Assembly (NCBI RefSeq): GCF_001194135.2
Contig: NC_068982.1
Coordinates: forward strand, 147,169,329-147,233,328
Direction: 5' to 3'
From: Octopus bimaculoides
Lineage: Eukaryota
DNA length: 64,000 nt
The stretch's first letter is position 1. Every line of letters begins with the position of its first letter. The notes under the pieces are model-generated. The model saw nothing but the letters and a program-made list of their open reading frames with translations. It had not been told where the DNA came from and made no database searches. Below, piece by piece: positions 12,687-24,215 of this stretch. Made by a program: the position numbers and the translations under genes.

Positions 12687-12762
12687 ATGTCCGGATGGTT
12701 GTATATTTACAGATTTTTATTCATATGGATAAAAATCTGCAAATATACAACCATAGAGACAT
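12687..12762. repeat. About 60-76 bp near-perfect palindrome (collapsed MITE-like)
   Basis: ATGGTTGTATATTTaCAGATTTTTAT-tCATATGg-ATAAAAATCTGcAAATATACAACCAT (12695-12754), two mismatched positions. Confidence 0.85.
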
Positions 12763-12797
12763 CTGAGTACCTGATTATCTGATTATTATATTTTCTA

Positions 12798-12832
<35 letters not shown>

Positions 12833-13158
12833 CGATCCCGGGATCGGGGTGTAGGAAAAAAATTAGCTTCAAGCAATCCGTAGTAAATATAAAAACATCT
12901 TTCATGGACAATAATGGTTTAACCAGACGGGAGGTTTTGATGTTTTTCGTATCGAAATACGATAAACTGAAAAATGTTCTCTTTATATTTCACGGTATAA
13001 GACCAGAAATGCCAGGTGTGGGAATAACAATACAAGACTTACTTGGTCTACAGAGTAGGCTGCAGTATACAGCTCCCTTGGATATTTACCATTTCTGAGG
13101 TTCCGCTTGCTATAAAACATATCTACCCTGGATCTTATCTACTCCATTCCTGAACCGT

Positions 13159-13208
<50 letters not shown>

Positions 13209-13339
13209 NNNNNNNNNNNNNNNNNNNNNNNNNNNNNNNNNNNNNNNNNNNNNNNNNNNNNNNNNNNNNNNNNNNNNNNNNNNNNNNNNNNNNNNNNNNN
13301 NNNNNNNNNNNNNNNNNNNNNNNNNNNNNNNNNNNNNNN

Positions 13340-13403
<64 letters not shown>

Positions 13404-13490
13404 TGCTTTTCTAAAGATATTCATCGCTGTTAGGAATTCCATTTCCTCTATACACGTTTCTTATCAATGTCCATTCTTCAATGTAAAGTA

Positions 13491-14748
13491 TTAGGTTTCC
13501 CCGAAAATAGTGGCCGATTTCAGAAACATAATTTTATTCTGGAAAAATTAACAATAGAAATGTTTTGATTTGTCAAAGTATGAGCCATAAACATCTATGC
13601 ATCTCTACCATCGATCAAAACGAGATTATTTATGCCTCGTTGATAACAACTTATTGTCTTTGATGCTAAGAAATTTTTGAAAGCTGATTCCACCTCTGGT
13701 TTGGACTTGAAAGTTTTATCACTTAAAAACGTGTATAAATGCTTTAAAAAATTGGTAGTCAGTGGATGAAAGATCAGGAGAATATGGAGGATGTGGTAAA
13801 GTCTCGTATCCCAACTCTATGTGTTTCTGCAGCGTCATTCTTGCAAATGTGGCTTTGCATTATCATGGAGCAGAATTGGTCCACGCCGATTCATCAATGC
13901 AGGTCTCATGTTTTGCAAGTGATCACTTCAGCGAGTTGATTGTAGTAAACCTCTGCTGTAATGCTCTGATTGGCTTTCAGAAAGATGTAATGGACAACAC
14001 CAATTACAGACCACTGGACAGTCACCATAATCTTTTGCTAATGCAAATTTGGTCTTAGGAAATGTTTGGGGGACTCATCACGATCAAGCCATTGACCTGA
14101 TCGTTTACGGTTATCATAAAGCATCACATTTCGTCACAAGTGACTATTCGGTCAAGAAAAGGTGTTTCGCAGAAAGAGCATCGAGCACACTTCAAATCAA
14201 CTTTATGATTTTCATTGAGCTCTTGCGGTACCAGTTTATCGAGGTTTTCCACCTTACCAATCTTCTGCAGATTGCGCGAAACAGTTGCAATACCGACACC
14301 AAGTGCCTGAGATATTTCTCTGAAACTTTGACGTGGGTTTTGTTCAACAATTACTTTCACTTGTTCATTGGCAAGACTGCATGACCTTCCTCTACCTTTT
14401 TCATCTTCAAAACTCTTATCACCACTACAGAATTTCTGAAACCACCTTCGTACATTGCTATCTGTTGTGGACCCCTTTCCCCACGCCGTGTTGATATTGG
14501 CAGCGGTTTGGGAGGCATTGTGCAAGACAAGCAAGCGAAGGTCCTTTTTTGTCATGTTCATAATTAAGGGCAACTATGCTTCAAGAATATCTTCTGTCTG
14601 AAATAAGTAGAAAATTATTAAAGAGCATACATTAATTATTAATTATTAAGAATGTCGAAATTCACCTAAAGTATAATTAAAATACTATGATAAAATTGCG
14701 TTTCAAAACACAATTCTTAGAACGGCCATGACTTTCGGAATAACCTAA
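13491..14748 (-). mobile_element. Full-length but decayed mariner (DD34D) transposon, TA-flanked
   Basis: Imperfect 30-bp TIRs beginning TTAGGTT, with TA at 13489-90 and 14749-50; 1258 bp. ORF 14124-14573 gives RRWFQKFCSGD..LVPQEL..FLDRIVTCDE; downstream pieces give YDNRKRS, PILLHDNAKPH, HPPYSPDLSSTDYQFFK and GSYFDK; multiple stops and frameshifts. Confidence 0.95.
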
Positions 14749-17700
14749 TAATTTCAATTATGTGTGGTAATGTTATATTCTTTGTTGTCTGTTCTCGCAT
14801 GCTTTAAAAGGAAATAAAATATTTAACGGTTTGTTCGTTAAATGTCTTAACTAACTGATTAAAATTTGCTTTGATTTCATCAAAATGTTTACCCTTCACT
14901 TAAGATGATTTTATTGTTAACAGAACGATATATAACCAGCGACGTTTTGCATACATTCATTCGAGTAAACGATATAAATGTAACATTTAAATCCAGAACT
15001 TCGTAAGTATTTTTATATTCATGTTGAGCTGTGCAAGTGTTATAATGGACGTTTGGAGAAAATATAAGCCATAGGTCGACAGATTGTGTTTAGTTTCTCG
15101 TTATCTACACTGATATGTATCATTGCGCACGGATCATAGTTTATCTTGGAATATACAATATTACTAAGAAGCAAATCTGCAGCTAATCGACGCTACAGTT
15201 TAGAAATTGAATCCTCTAGGAGAAGAAAGGAAGCATGTAATATATTATTAGATTCTCAAACACAATGATATATCTACTTTCAATAAATGTTTTTCATATC
15301 GCTAGTACATTATTCATAATCTATAGGATTTCTTTAACTACTTTTAAATTTTGACTTGAGTGCCCGAATACACACATGCAAGCATACATTTATATAGATA
15401 TACTTGGATATATACCTATGTACAAACGCAAGTATATGTGTGTGCATGCGTGTATGTGTGTATATACATGTATGTGTGTGTGTATGTGTGTGTGCGCGCG
15501 CGTGTGTGTGTATGTATAATCACAATAAAATGATAGCGACATTGCAGTTTAAAACATTCCTCCACAGTTTTCAAATAACGTTTATTATCTCTTTTTCAAA
15601 TGATTTACTCTAAACTGTGGTACAAATAGCATCTTTCTCCCTCAGCGAATTAGAGCAAACATTGAATGGTAAATACCTATAAAATTTTAACACGTGTGCA
15701 TTAACTGTATTATATATCGTCTATTTGCAAAATGTACTAGATGACACATAATGTATAAGAACTATGGAAAGAAAGTATATCATATTCCGGTTGCAGTATA
15801 ATTTAAGTATTTAGCTTATTTCTCCAAAACGTTTCTCTTAATGTATCTTTTTTTGTTTTATTATTGAAAATGTATATATTTAGCATCTATACATGTAATA
15901 CCAAGTATATATCATAGTCTTTATGAAGCAGTATCGGTGTTGCCGTCTTGGTTATATATGTGATATAACGTTCTTCTGATCTTATAAAAGACTGACAGTT
16001 CAAACGATCGCAACCAATTTGAAAAATATAGACGTGTATTATTTATAAGTAGGAAGGATAACGTATATCTCTGTTTCTTTCTCGTGTATACCTACACTTT
16101 TCAATAAAACTACATTTCCCCGTTCCGGTTGAAGGATGTATTCCAGGTAGCTGCTACTTCGAAGGGCTGGTGGTTGCGAGAGAATGACTCCTGTGTAGAA
16201 TAAACAGACGCAGAAGAGACTGCAAATTGGTCTAGAATGTACAAATGAAAAATATATAGCGGTTATAACTGAATCTAGAGGGGATACTGTAACTCTCAGA
16301 AGGAAGCTAAAAGAGATTACCATGGATATACACTGCAATCATGTAATCTGACAAGAAGCTTCTATTCAAAGAATTGGGAGACAGGTGGGTGTTTCTATAC
16401 CTGTCACAATCAGAAGCTGTCGTATGCAGAATCATTGAAAGCAGGCACTGGGTCCTCTATCATATCATTCGTCTTGCTAGAATGGTAACCAAATCTGCCA
16501 AGTAGGCTAGGAGGAGGAACATATAAAATATTGTAGTTCATTATATCATTAAAAAAAAACATCGGTTTAGCCAAACCTGGAATACTTTTGATCATAATGC
16601 TGCTCAGTCATATCTGTCTGCAGCTAAACAAGTTAAAGATCGATATAAATATCTAGCAGCCTGTTGGTTATCTAAAATGGTGACATTTGTTATTGGAAAC
16701 AACCATTTCCTACACAGAAAGATATCGATCGTTTTGTTAGCAATTTCAGTGAGTGAAAGTAGTTTCGTTTATCGGGTCGATAGAATTTGAAATCCTTAGG
16801 CAAGGAAATTCATTTCAAGTTGTTTCGATCGACAGAGTTATACCTTGCAGACTATTTAACGAAGAGCCTGCAGATGCAAGATTTCAACGGCTTTTAATGT
16901 CTGAGGCAACTGGATGCTAGTAGCTGTCGGTAAATTCGCTCTTCTGGAAAATGAAACACAGGTTGGACAATGTGAAACTTCAATAAAGATTGGTATTGAT
17001 AGAAAAAGCCGCTGAAATGTAGGATCTCTATTCTTTAGTAAGTAGTTATACATTCAAAGAGTTATAAATTAATCAATCTCTGAGATATGCATGTTCTATG
17101 ACTTGTTTATTAGTTTTTCATTAAACGTATTTTATTTATCCATATAGCTAATGATTGGTTCGGTCAACTAATACGGTTCGATTCCCAAATACTAGACTTC
17201 ACCATAGTTCGGCTCTTCTAACGTACGCTCAAGTCAACCAAAATCTTACTAGTGAAATTTGATCCATGAAAACTATTCCGCGGACCGTTGGTGGGTCGGA
17301 GGGCTACCTGCTGCTAGGTGAGATAGTTTTCTGTTGCATGGTTTAATACTACTGCTTGACTCTTGCAGATCTCCAGCCAGATCTTGGGGCTAAGTATAAA
17401 TTCCTCTCTTCTATTTACTAGTGTTTCACTCCTTGACTAAGTCAATTAAGCCAAATTTAACTATTTTTTATATCATCATGCAACATTTATTTTTTTCCAT
17501 AATTTCTTAATCTCACTTTCTCTCCACTTTCCTAATTTATCTCTGAATTTTGAAAATTGTTCGTATTTAGTATTTACAGAGTATAATTCTGTGGGACCTG
17601 TTATAGCAGTTATAGGCAGGGAGTACATTTAAGGTGGATAAATGTCTTGGAACTGTGAATGCAAATTAGAGACTCGAGTTTTCAACTTAACATAGTCAAT

Positions 17701-18359
17701 AAGTATAAATAATTTCGAATTAGAGTACCAAAGTATTGTGGAAGAATGATCACACAAAATGCAAATAGAGACATATATAAGGAAGCTAATAGTCTGGAAC
17801 ATTCTCACTACTTTAGCCAAAATTCCTCTCATAAATATAGAGAGTTTAAGCATTTAAGTTTGCAAGGCAAAATTAAGTGATACTCCTTTATATTGATTTA
17901 ATTTTAAAATGTTTCATCTCTTATTTTGGAATTATTTCATCAGATGCACCTTTCATTGTTGATTTACCCGTTTTTTAACCTATATATCAACATATCAATT
18001 AACATACTTAATTGATTCATTAAAATATACAATAAATAGAGATACACACTTCTCACAACAATATGGCGCCATTTGTAAGCAAGCAGTGGTCAAATAGATT
18101 AGGTGCCAGCAATCGTATTTCGTGTCATGAATGCTTAATGTAAAACATGAGAGCTTATTCATCGGTAAACATTGATTATTTCCTTCTGGAAACTATTTAA
18201 TTCTACTTCCAATTACTTATCAATGCAGTATCATTGTAAACGTAAGTTTACAATAGACATACAGTGAAATCCACGGAAATGTAGTGATGATCTGCGCCGG
18301 TAAATAGTAATTACAAACATTTCTCACAGTGGAATATATTATTGGGTAGTTAGGGCGAA

Positions 18360-18385
18360 ATGTTTCGGACAGATACCTTCCTCAG
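18360..18385 (-). ncRNA. Partial hammerhead-ribozyme-like core (Penelope-type), likely inactive
   Basis: Minus strand CTGAGGA-A-GG-tatctgt-CC-GAAA-CAT; stem I cannot be found. Confidence 0.3.
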
Positions 18386-18982
18386 AGAGAGAATGGAAAA
18401 GAGAGAGAATGGAAAAGAGAGAGAGAGAGAGTGAGAGAGAGAGAGTGAGAGAGAGAGACAGACAGACAGACAGGGAGGGAGGGAGGGAGAGATACAGTAA
18501 CAGAGAGCTTGAGAGAGAGAGAGAGAGTGAAAGAGAGACAGAGAATGTGTGCGTGATTGAATGGATAAAGTGAGGAAATGTTTACTCAGCGTTAACCCAT
18601 GTTGCTTTTGTTTGATAATACGATGGATACGGTTTGAGAGAAATTTGAATGTTATTTGTAGCAGGTCAAAGGACCACATATGCTTCCAATATAGGGTGAG
18701 ACTGTTTGTGCTATCGGTGCGTCTTTTTTTTTATTACTTTCATTACCAACATATCATAAGACACTATAGACACTGTAATACCACCTTTCACTAAATATCT
18801 CATGAATGGAGCTCAACGACATTTTTTGTAAGTTAATGAGGGAGCTTCTTGCACACTTGCTCGATGCTGCAAGAGAAGATTCATCTTTATCAAATAAAAC
18901 ATCACCGTCTTGTGTGATGGAAGCACCTACTGGATTATGTCCTAAATTATCCTAATATCGTGACAGCGATCGCAATTTTACA

Positions 18983-19176
18983 TTTTATCTTTTCTTTTAT
19001 CTGTTACTTGCTCCAGTCATTTGACTACGGCCATTCTGGGGCACCGCCTTGAAGAAATTTTAGTCAAATGAATCCTACTACTTATTCTATCGGTGACTTT
19101 TGCTAAGTTGCTCAGTTACGAGGGACGTAAGCACACCTGCACCGGTTGTAAAGCGGTGGTAGGGAACAAATACAGG

Positions 19177-19218
<42 letters not shown>

Positions 19219-19375
19219 ACAGGCTTCTTTCCGTTTGCGTCTATCGAATCCATTCACAAGACTTTGATTGGTCCGAGACTATACCAGAAGGCACATGCCC
19301 AAGATGCCAAGCAGTGAGACGGAACCCGGAACCACATGGTCGGGAAGCAAGCTTCTTACCACCCAGCCTCGTCGC
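18983..19375 (-). mobile_element. tRNA-derived SINE, family B (internal CA tract), decayed near-full-length copy
   Basis: Reverse complement aligns by eye with the 47138-47541 copy (CAGTCATTTGACT.CGGCCAT.CTGG.GCACCGCCTT ... CTTCTTACCAC.CAGCC). Confidence 0.85.
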
Positions 19376-19501
19376 TTCAAATAATCTTAAATTGGGACCT
19401 AAAGAACGAAACCTCTGCTTTCTAACATGCTCGATAGTTCAGTAAAATAGGAAAAAATGAATGAGGAAAAAACGAATGAGGTTTGGTCAAATAGAGGAGG
19501 C

Positions 19502-19546
19502 TTAACATACTGTGGAGGGTATGTCAGCCGAAACACGTTGAGTTAA
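19502..19546 (+). ncRNA. Degenerate minimal type-I hammerhead-like motif
   Basis: TTAACATA-CTGTGGA-GG-gtatgtcag-CC-GAAA-CACGT-TGAGTTAA: GAAA intact, A6 substituted, stem I imperfect (TTAAC/GTTAA paired). Confidence 0.4.
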
Positions 19547-19642
19547 GAACAAACAAGATTAGGACAAATATCCATCAAATGTAAATACTGCAAATAATGT
19601 ACATAATTCCTCATCTCTTAAATATAGAACTGTACATTGTCT

Positions 19643-19740
19643 AATATATCATTTTTAAGATGCTGGAGGGAGAAAGTTATTTAAGGGTAGATATTGTTGT
19701 TTTATCTAGCTGGTCGAGTGACTACGTAGAGGCTTTCTTT
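19643..19740 (-). repeat. Short dispersed repeat, family E (CTAGAAATAGCAGCCAAATCT-like motif)
   Basis: Related motifs recur near 23925(+), 24425(-), 24890(-), 25470(+), 34365(-), 53970(-) and 55032(+). Confidence 0.45.
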
Positions 19741-20511
19741 TAATTCCTAGATCGAATTTTAATAAGAAATGTAGTAATTTGAATGGATTAAGTATGTCTC
19801 TTTAGAAATTTTATTAATGAGTACACTTGGTACACACTGAATGCTTTCCATCGAGTCTAAAAAAAAAATCGAGTCTAAAAAAAAAATAAAACAATGACAA
19901 AGCAGTTGCTCCCTATTTTCAGTATTTGAATTTATCTGCTGAAAAGTACAAGGGCTTTATAAGAAGACGGGTTCATGAATTTATATGTTCCGAGTGTTTG
20001 TCTGCAATAACAAATACTATCTGTTTAGTTATACACGCCAAAAACGCTTCCAATGAAAACACGGAGTACAATTTAAATAGGAAATAAGGAAAAAAAAAAA
20101 CCGGAAATGAAAGAAAGGAAGAAAAGTTTTCTCTTTAGTATCTTACCCAAGTGGATATACGTCACTTTTCTACCCGCTATTATTCTCATACCTCACTGAC
20201 AAATTCTGCACACTAATTGAGTCTTTAGTGACAAGAACGTACATTATAGGTAAACCTTTGTTCACATTTCTGCATTCTCGCTTCAAGTAAATGAACTCTG
20301 TTACCACAGCTTCCTTCAGGGCTTACTTCTATGTCGGTCTCCTGAAAACCCTTGACACAATTTAAAGAGAAGCTTGGCTTTATTCAATAACTATTACTAA
20401 AATAATCACATTAGCTGTGTCCCAATCCAACTACATAACATTCCAGTCATTTCTTCCCGAAGCTCTTTCATTTTTGTATACGCATTGGTTTCGTTTTACA
20501 TTTTACAATTA

Positions 20512-20765
20512 CAGTAATCCCTCGACTATCGCGGGTGTTACGTTGCAAAACCGCACACGATAGGTGAAGATCTGTGAAGTAGAAACAGTAGTGTAATGTA
20601 TATTTTTTCTATTATTTCATTATATCTTTTCTATTATTTCATTATATTATAAAGGCAAAACAACACCATAGATTATTCAACGTAAGCTCAAATAATAAAT
20701 CGCGATAGGTGAACCACGATAGGTGAACCACGATAGGTTAACCGCGCTATGGCGAGCGATTAATG
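20512..20765. mobile_element. pogo/Tigger-like MITE, TA-flanked
   Basis: Left end TA|CAGTAATCCCTCGACTATCGCGG; right end reverse complement TA|CATTAATCGCTCGCCATAGCGCGG; internal 14-bp unit CGATAGGTGAACCA in about 3 copies (20703-20743). Confidence 0.7.
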
Positions 20766-21072
20766 TATACATATTTTTAATTTTGATATTTTAGACATCT
20801 TTCATAGAAAACTTTGGGGATCCCGTAAGAAAAGAGACGAGAATATAAAACTTGTACACATTATTACTTGTCTCGGTATCGTTATGTATTTTATATAAAT
20901 ACTTCTTTTCTTCCTGTCATCCAGCTTATCAACAACCCACTAGCAACAAACTTAAATGTTCATATTCATTTGTTACTCGCCAGTCGTTTAACCGTTTCTA
21001 CATAAACATCCTTATATCTACTCACTTATATCTACTCTCTCTCTCTCTCTCCCCTCTCTCTCTCTCTCTCTC

Positions 21073-21121
<49 letters not shown>

Positions 21122-21508
21122 NNNNNNNNNNNNNNNNNNNNNNNNNNNNNNNNNNNNNNNNNNNNNNNNNNNNNNNNNNNNNNNNNNNNNNNNNNNNNNN
21201 NNNNNNNNNNNNNNNNNNNNNNNNNNNNNNNNNNNNNNNNNNNNNNNNNNNNNNNNNNNNNNNNNNNNNNNNNNNNNNNNNNNNNNNNNNNNNNNNNNNN
21301 NNNNNNNNNNNNNNNNNNNNNNNNNNNNNNNNNNNNNNNNNNNNNNNNNNNNNNNNNNNNNNNNNNNNNNNNNNNNNNNNNNNNNNNNNNNNNNNNNNNN
21401 NNNNNNNNNNNNNNNNNNNNNNNNNNNNNNNNNNNNNNNNNNNNNNNNNNNNNNNNNNNNNNNNNNNNNNTTTGTATTCAAAATGGCTGATAGTGGTGAA
21501 CTTTTACA

Positions 21509-21703
21509 AGGCGACGAGCTAGCAGAGTCGTTTCTTTGCTGTCTGAGTTAAAATGTAATCACGGCTGAGTTTGTATTTCATTCTGACCCAGGTTCGATAG
21601 AAAAAATATAATAAAACTCCAGACATGCGTAAGGGTCAATTGAATCGACTATATTTCATCTCCTAAAATTTATGACCTTCTGCCAATGTCAGAAAACATT
21701 ATT
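21509..21703 (+). mobile_element. Decayed family-A SINE
   Basis: Head AGGCGACGAGCTAGCAGAGTCG and decayed core and tail. Confidence 0.6.
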
Positions 21704-21964
21704 GTTATAATTATATCACACGCTAGAATAGTTTGGAAAGAAATCTGAATCACTTGTGAATTATTATTATTTTTTTTTTTGAAAACTATATTTGTTCACA
21801 AAAAAAAAAAAAAATTGTGAAATGAACATCAGAGCAATAAATCAATATATACTAAAGTAATATTGTCCATGGGATTTTGTCATTAATCATGTGTTAAATA
21901 GTAGAAGAAACTGTTAAGGCTATAATCGATCATTTGTTCTGAATTTAATAATGATTTCTAACGT

Positions 21965-22273
21965 AGGTAGAGAAACGTAAGAGCGTTGAGTAAAATGTCG
22001 CACAGCATTTACTTCTACTCTCTGCACTCTGAATTCAAATCATGCTCAGATCAACTTTGCCTTTCATGCTTTCGTGTTCAGTAAATAATTGCTAATCTGT
22101 TCTTTCCACTGTTCTTTTGGAACTACCGAGGCTGACTTTTGCCTTCCATCCCTTTTGCAATCTATAAGACAAAAAGGAAGTCAAGTGCTTCTAGAGTCGA
22201 TATATTCGACTATCCTACAACCGGCAAACTTGTGCATTGCGCCTGTTTTATAAACAACTGGTATTATTATTAT
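21965..22273 (+). mobile_element. Decayed family-A SINE(s), partly duplicated core
   Basis: CTGAATTCAAATC..CAACTTTGCCTTTCATGCTTTCG followed by a second CCGAGGCTGACTTTTGCCTTCCATCC core and an (ATT)n tail. Confidence 0.6.
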
Positions 22274-22284
22274 AGACTTCTCTA

Positions 22285-22504
22285 GAGCTGTGAGCTGGCA
22301 GAACCCTAAACAAGTGGGGCAAAATAATTAGCGGCATTTCGTCCGTCTTTACTTCTAAATTCAAACTGCGCCGTGGTTGACTTTGCTTTTCGTCTTTTCT
22401 AAGTCAACAACTTAAGTACCAGCTGATCACCAGGGTCGATGTAATCGACTTGTCTCTTCTCCAGAACGTGCTGGTCTTGCGCCAAAATGTGAAACCATTA
22501 TTAT
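22285..22504 (+). mobile_element. Family-A SINE, full length, decayed
   Basis: GAGCTGGCAGAA head, ATTCAAACT B-box remnant, core, and tail GCCAAAATGTGAAACCATTATTAT. Confidence 0.75.
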
Positions 22505-22580
22505 GAACTCATTTTTTATGCACCTAGTATCATTTTTTCTATTATATTAGAATAAATTCACATCTCACCATCGGACTCGT

Positions 22581-22803
22581 TTCTTTGATTTTTTTCTTAT
22601 ATTTGTTTCAGTCATTTGACTACGGCCATGCTGGAGCACCGCCTTTAGTCGAGCAAATCGACCCCAGGACTTATTCTTTGTAAGCCTAGTACTTATTCTA
22701 TCGGTCTCTCTTACCGAACCGCTAAATGAAGGGGACGCAAACACACCAGCATCGGTTGTCAAGCGATGTTGTGGGGACAAACACAGACGCACAAGCATAT
22801 ATA

Positions 22804-22878
<75 letters not shown>

Positions 22879-22913
22879 GACAGGCTTCTTTCAGTTTCCG
22901 TCTACCAAATCCA
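22581..22913 (-). mobile_element. Family-B SINE, 5'-truncated, well conserved
   Basis: Close match by eye to the 3' two-thirds of the 47138 and 56830 copies, including the internal (TA)n/(TACA)n tract. Confidence 0.9.
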
Positions 22914-22968
22914 ACTAAAACTAAACGTAATGCACACATATAAAGCTGTAAATATTGTGTTCAACAGA

Positions 22969-23340
22969 AAAATTCGAAGGCTGCCTGTGGAACTTGAAAC
23001 CCCCATTTCTTGTAGACGTGACAGGGGTTTTACCATTGCACCAAAGCAATCTTTGGAACTTCTTTCTTTATCCGTTTTAGAAAATTATTCTTTCCTGGGA
23101 GAATTGAATGAAGTTGACATCAGAAAAATTTTATAAACTTTCCAGAAAACGAGAACAAACAATTTGATGGTACCTCGAAGTACACACATAAAACTATAAA
23201 CAACATATAATTCTCGCTGGTAAGAATAACATTCTTAAAAGGAGGAAGAAAATCGAAAGCCTGCTTTGTTGGAATGTTAGCACGCCTGTCATGTCTACAA
23301 GAAATGTGGGCTCGAACCCCAGTGGCAATCTTCGAATTTC
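22969..23340. mobile_element. Old fold-back/MITE-like element with about 100-bp imperfect terminal inverted repeats
   Basis: Core 21/22 match: CATTTCTTGTAGACgTGACAGG (23004-23025) vs reverse complement of 23285-23306; weaker complementarity extends over about 22969-23066 and 23244-23340. Confidence 0.65.
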
Positions 23341-23919
23341 ACTATCCGCGAGTTTTCTTTCTTTTACTAAGAATTGTATACTTCTTTATAGCATTAAGTG
23401 TGTGTTTGGAGATATTCCGAAGAAAAATCGGTTCACCTTCACTCGAAAGTTTATAAAACTGTTATGACGTCGACAATGTGTGTGTGTGTGTGCGTACATA
23501 TATAAATATGCATGCATTCATTTTGCCAAGTCTCTGTAAAATTATTTAATTCTATTTTTTTGACCTTACCACTTACTACCTTGAATGAAATTAGCATGTA
23601 TCTAGTGTTAATTATGGCATATCACATATCTATAATAAAAGAATTTAATATGAGTATTTTAATAAATACATTTTAGTACGTCTAATCAACTGGTTTTCTT
23701 TTAAATTGTAAAAATTCTATATATTTAATTCTAGGTTGCAGTGAGTATGCTGAGAACAGAATTGGTAACAATGTGACCATGGTAGAGTGATATTAACCAT
23801 TAATTATCGACTTCATTTAATGGTTTTATCAGCATGATCATGATAATTAGCACCAGCAGTAGCGCAACACAATCACTAATAACACCACTATGTGCCAGAG
23901 AAGGAAGCTTTCTGTGGTT

Positions 23920-24215
23920 GCCTAATGTGCCAGAAATAGCAGCTAAAAAACTTAATTAAAATGACACCTGCCTCTCTTGGAACGATACTGGATAATGGGA
24001 TTTTGAGTATACTATGGCAGGAAAGGACCTCGGGATGATCGCAGAGAGCGCTTCTACCAGATCGGTTGTCATGCAAGAAATAGCAGGGAACTTTCGTTTA
24101 ACTCACTTCTGTCTTCTGAATTGAAAACCACATTAGATAATATAGTCTTAGTTATCAGATGGTCACGTCTGGATCGTCACTGATCATATGTATGCTCAGT
24201 CGGGCAGCTAAATAG
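23920..24215 (+). repeat. Longer decayed copy of dispersed repeat family E
   Basis: CCAGAAATAGCAGCTAAA..CACATTAGATAATATAGTC..; shares motifs with 25470-25600. Confidence 0.4.

Noticed and set aside
12831-13159. Possible old MITE (14-bp palindrome CGATCCCGGGATCG at 12833-12846, faint end similarity) or a 67-nt minus-strand exon ending at GTAAGT
   Set aside because: The terminal repeats are too degenerate and the exon signal is at chance level.
20327-20341. 15-nt minus-strand micro-exon candidate TTTTCAG|GAGACCGACATAGAA|GTAAGC (ETDIE)
   Set aside because: About one such match is expected by chance in this much AT-rich sequence; needs junction reads.
20703-20743. Short regularly repeated unit resembling a CRISPR-like array
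   Set aside because: No unique spacers, eukaryotic context, and it lies inside a MITE.
23735-23740. 6-nt micro-exon candidate TAG|GTTGCA|GTGAGT
   Set aside because: Weak pyrimidine tract; chance-level pattern.
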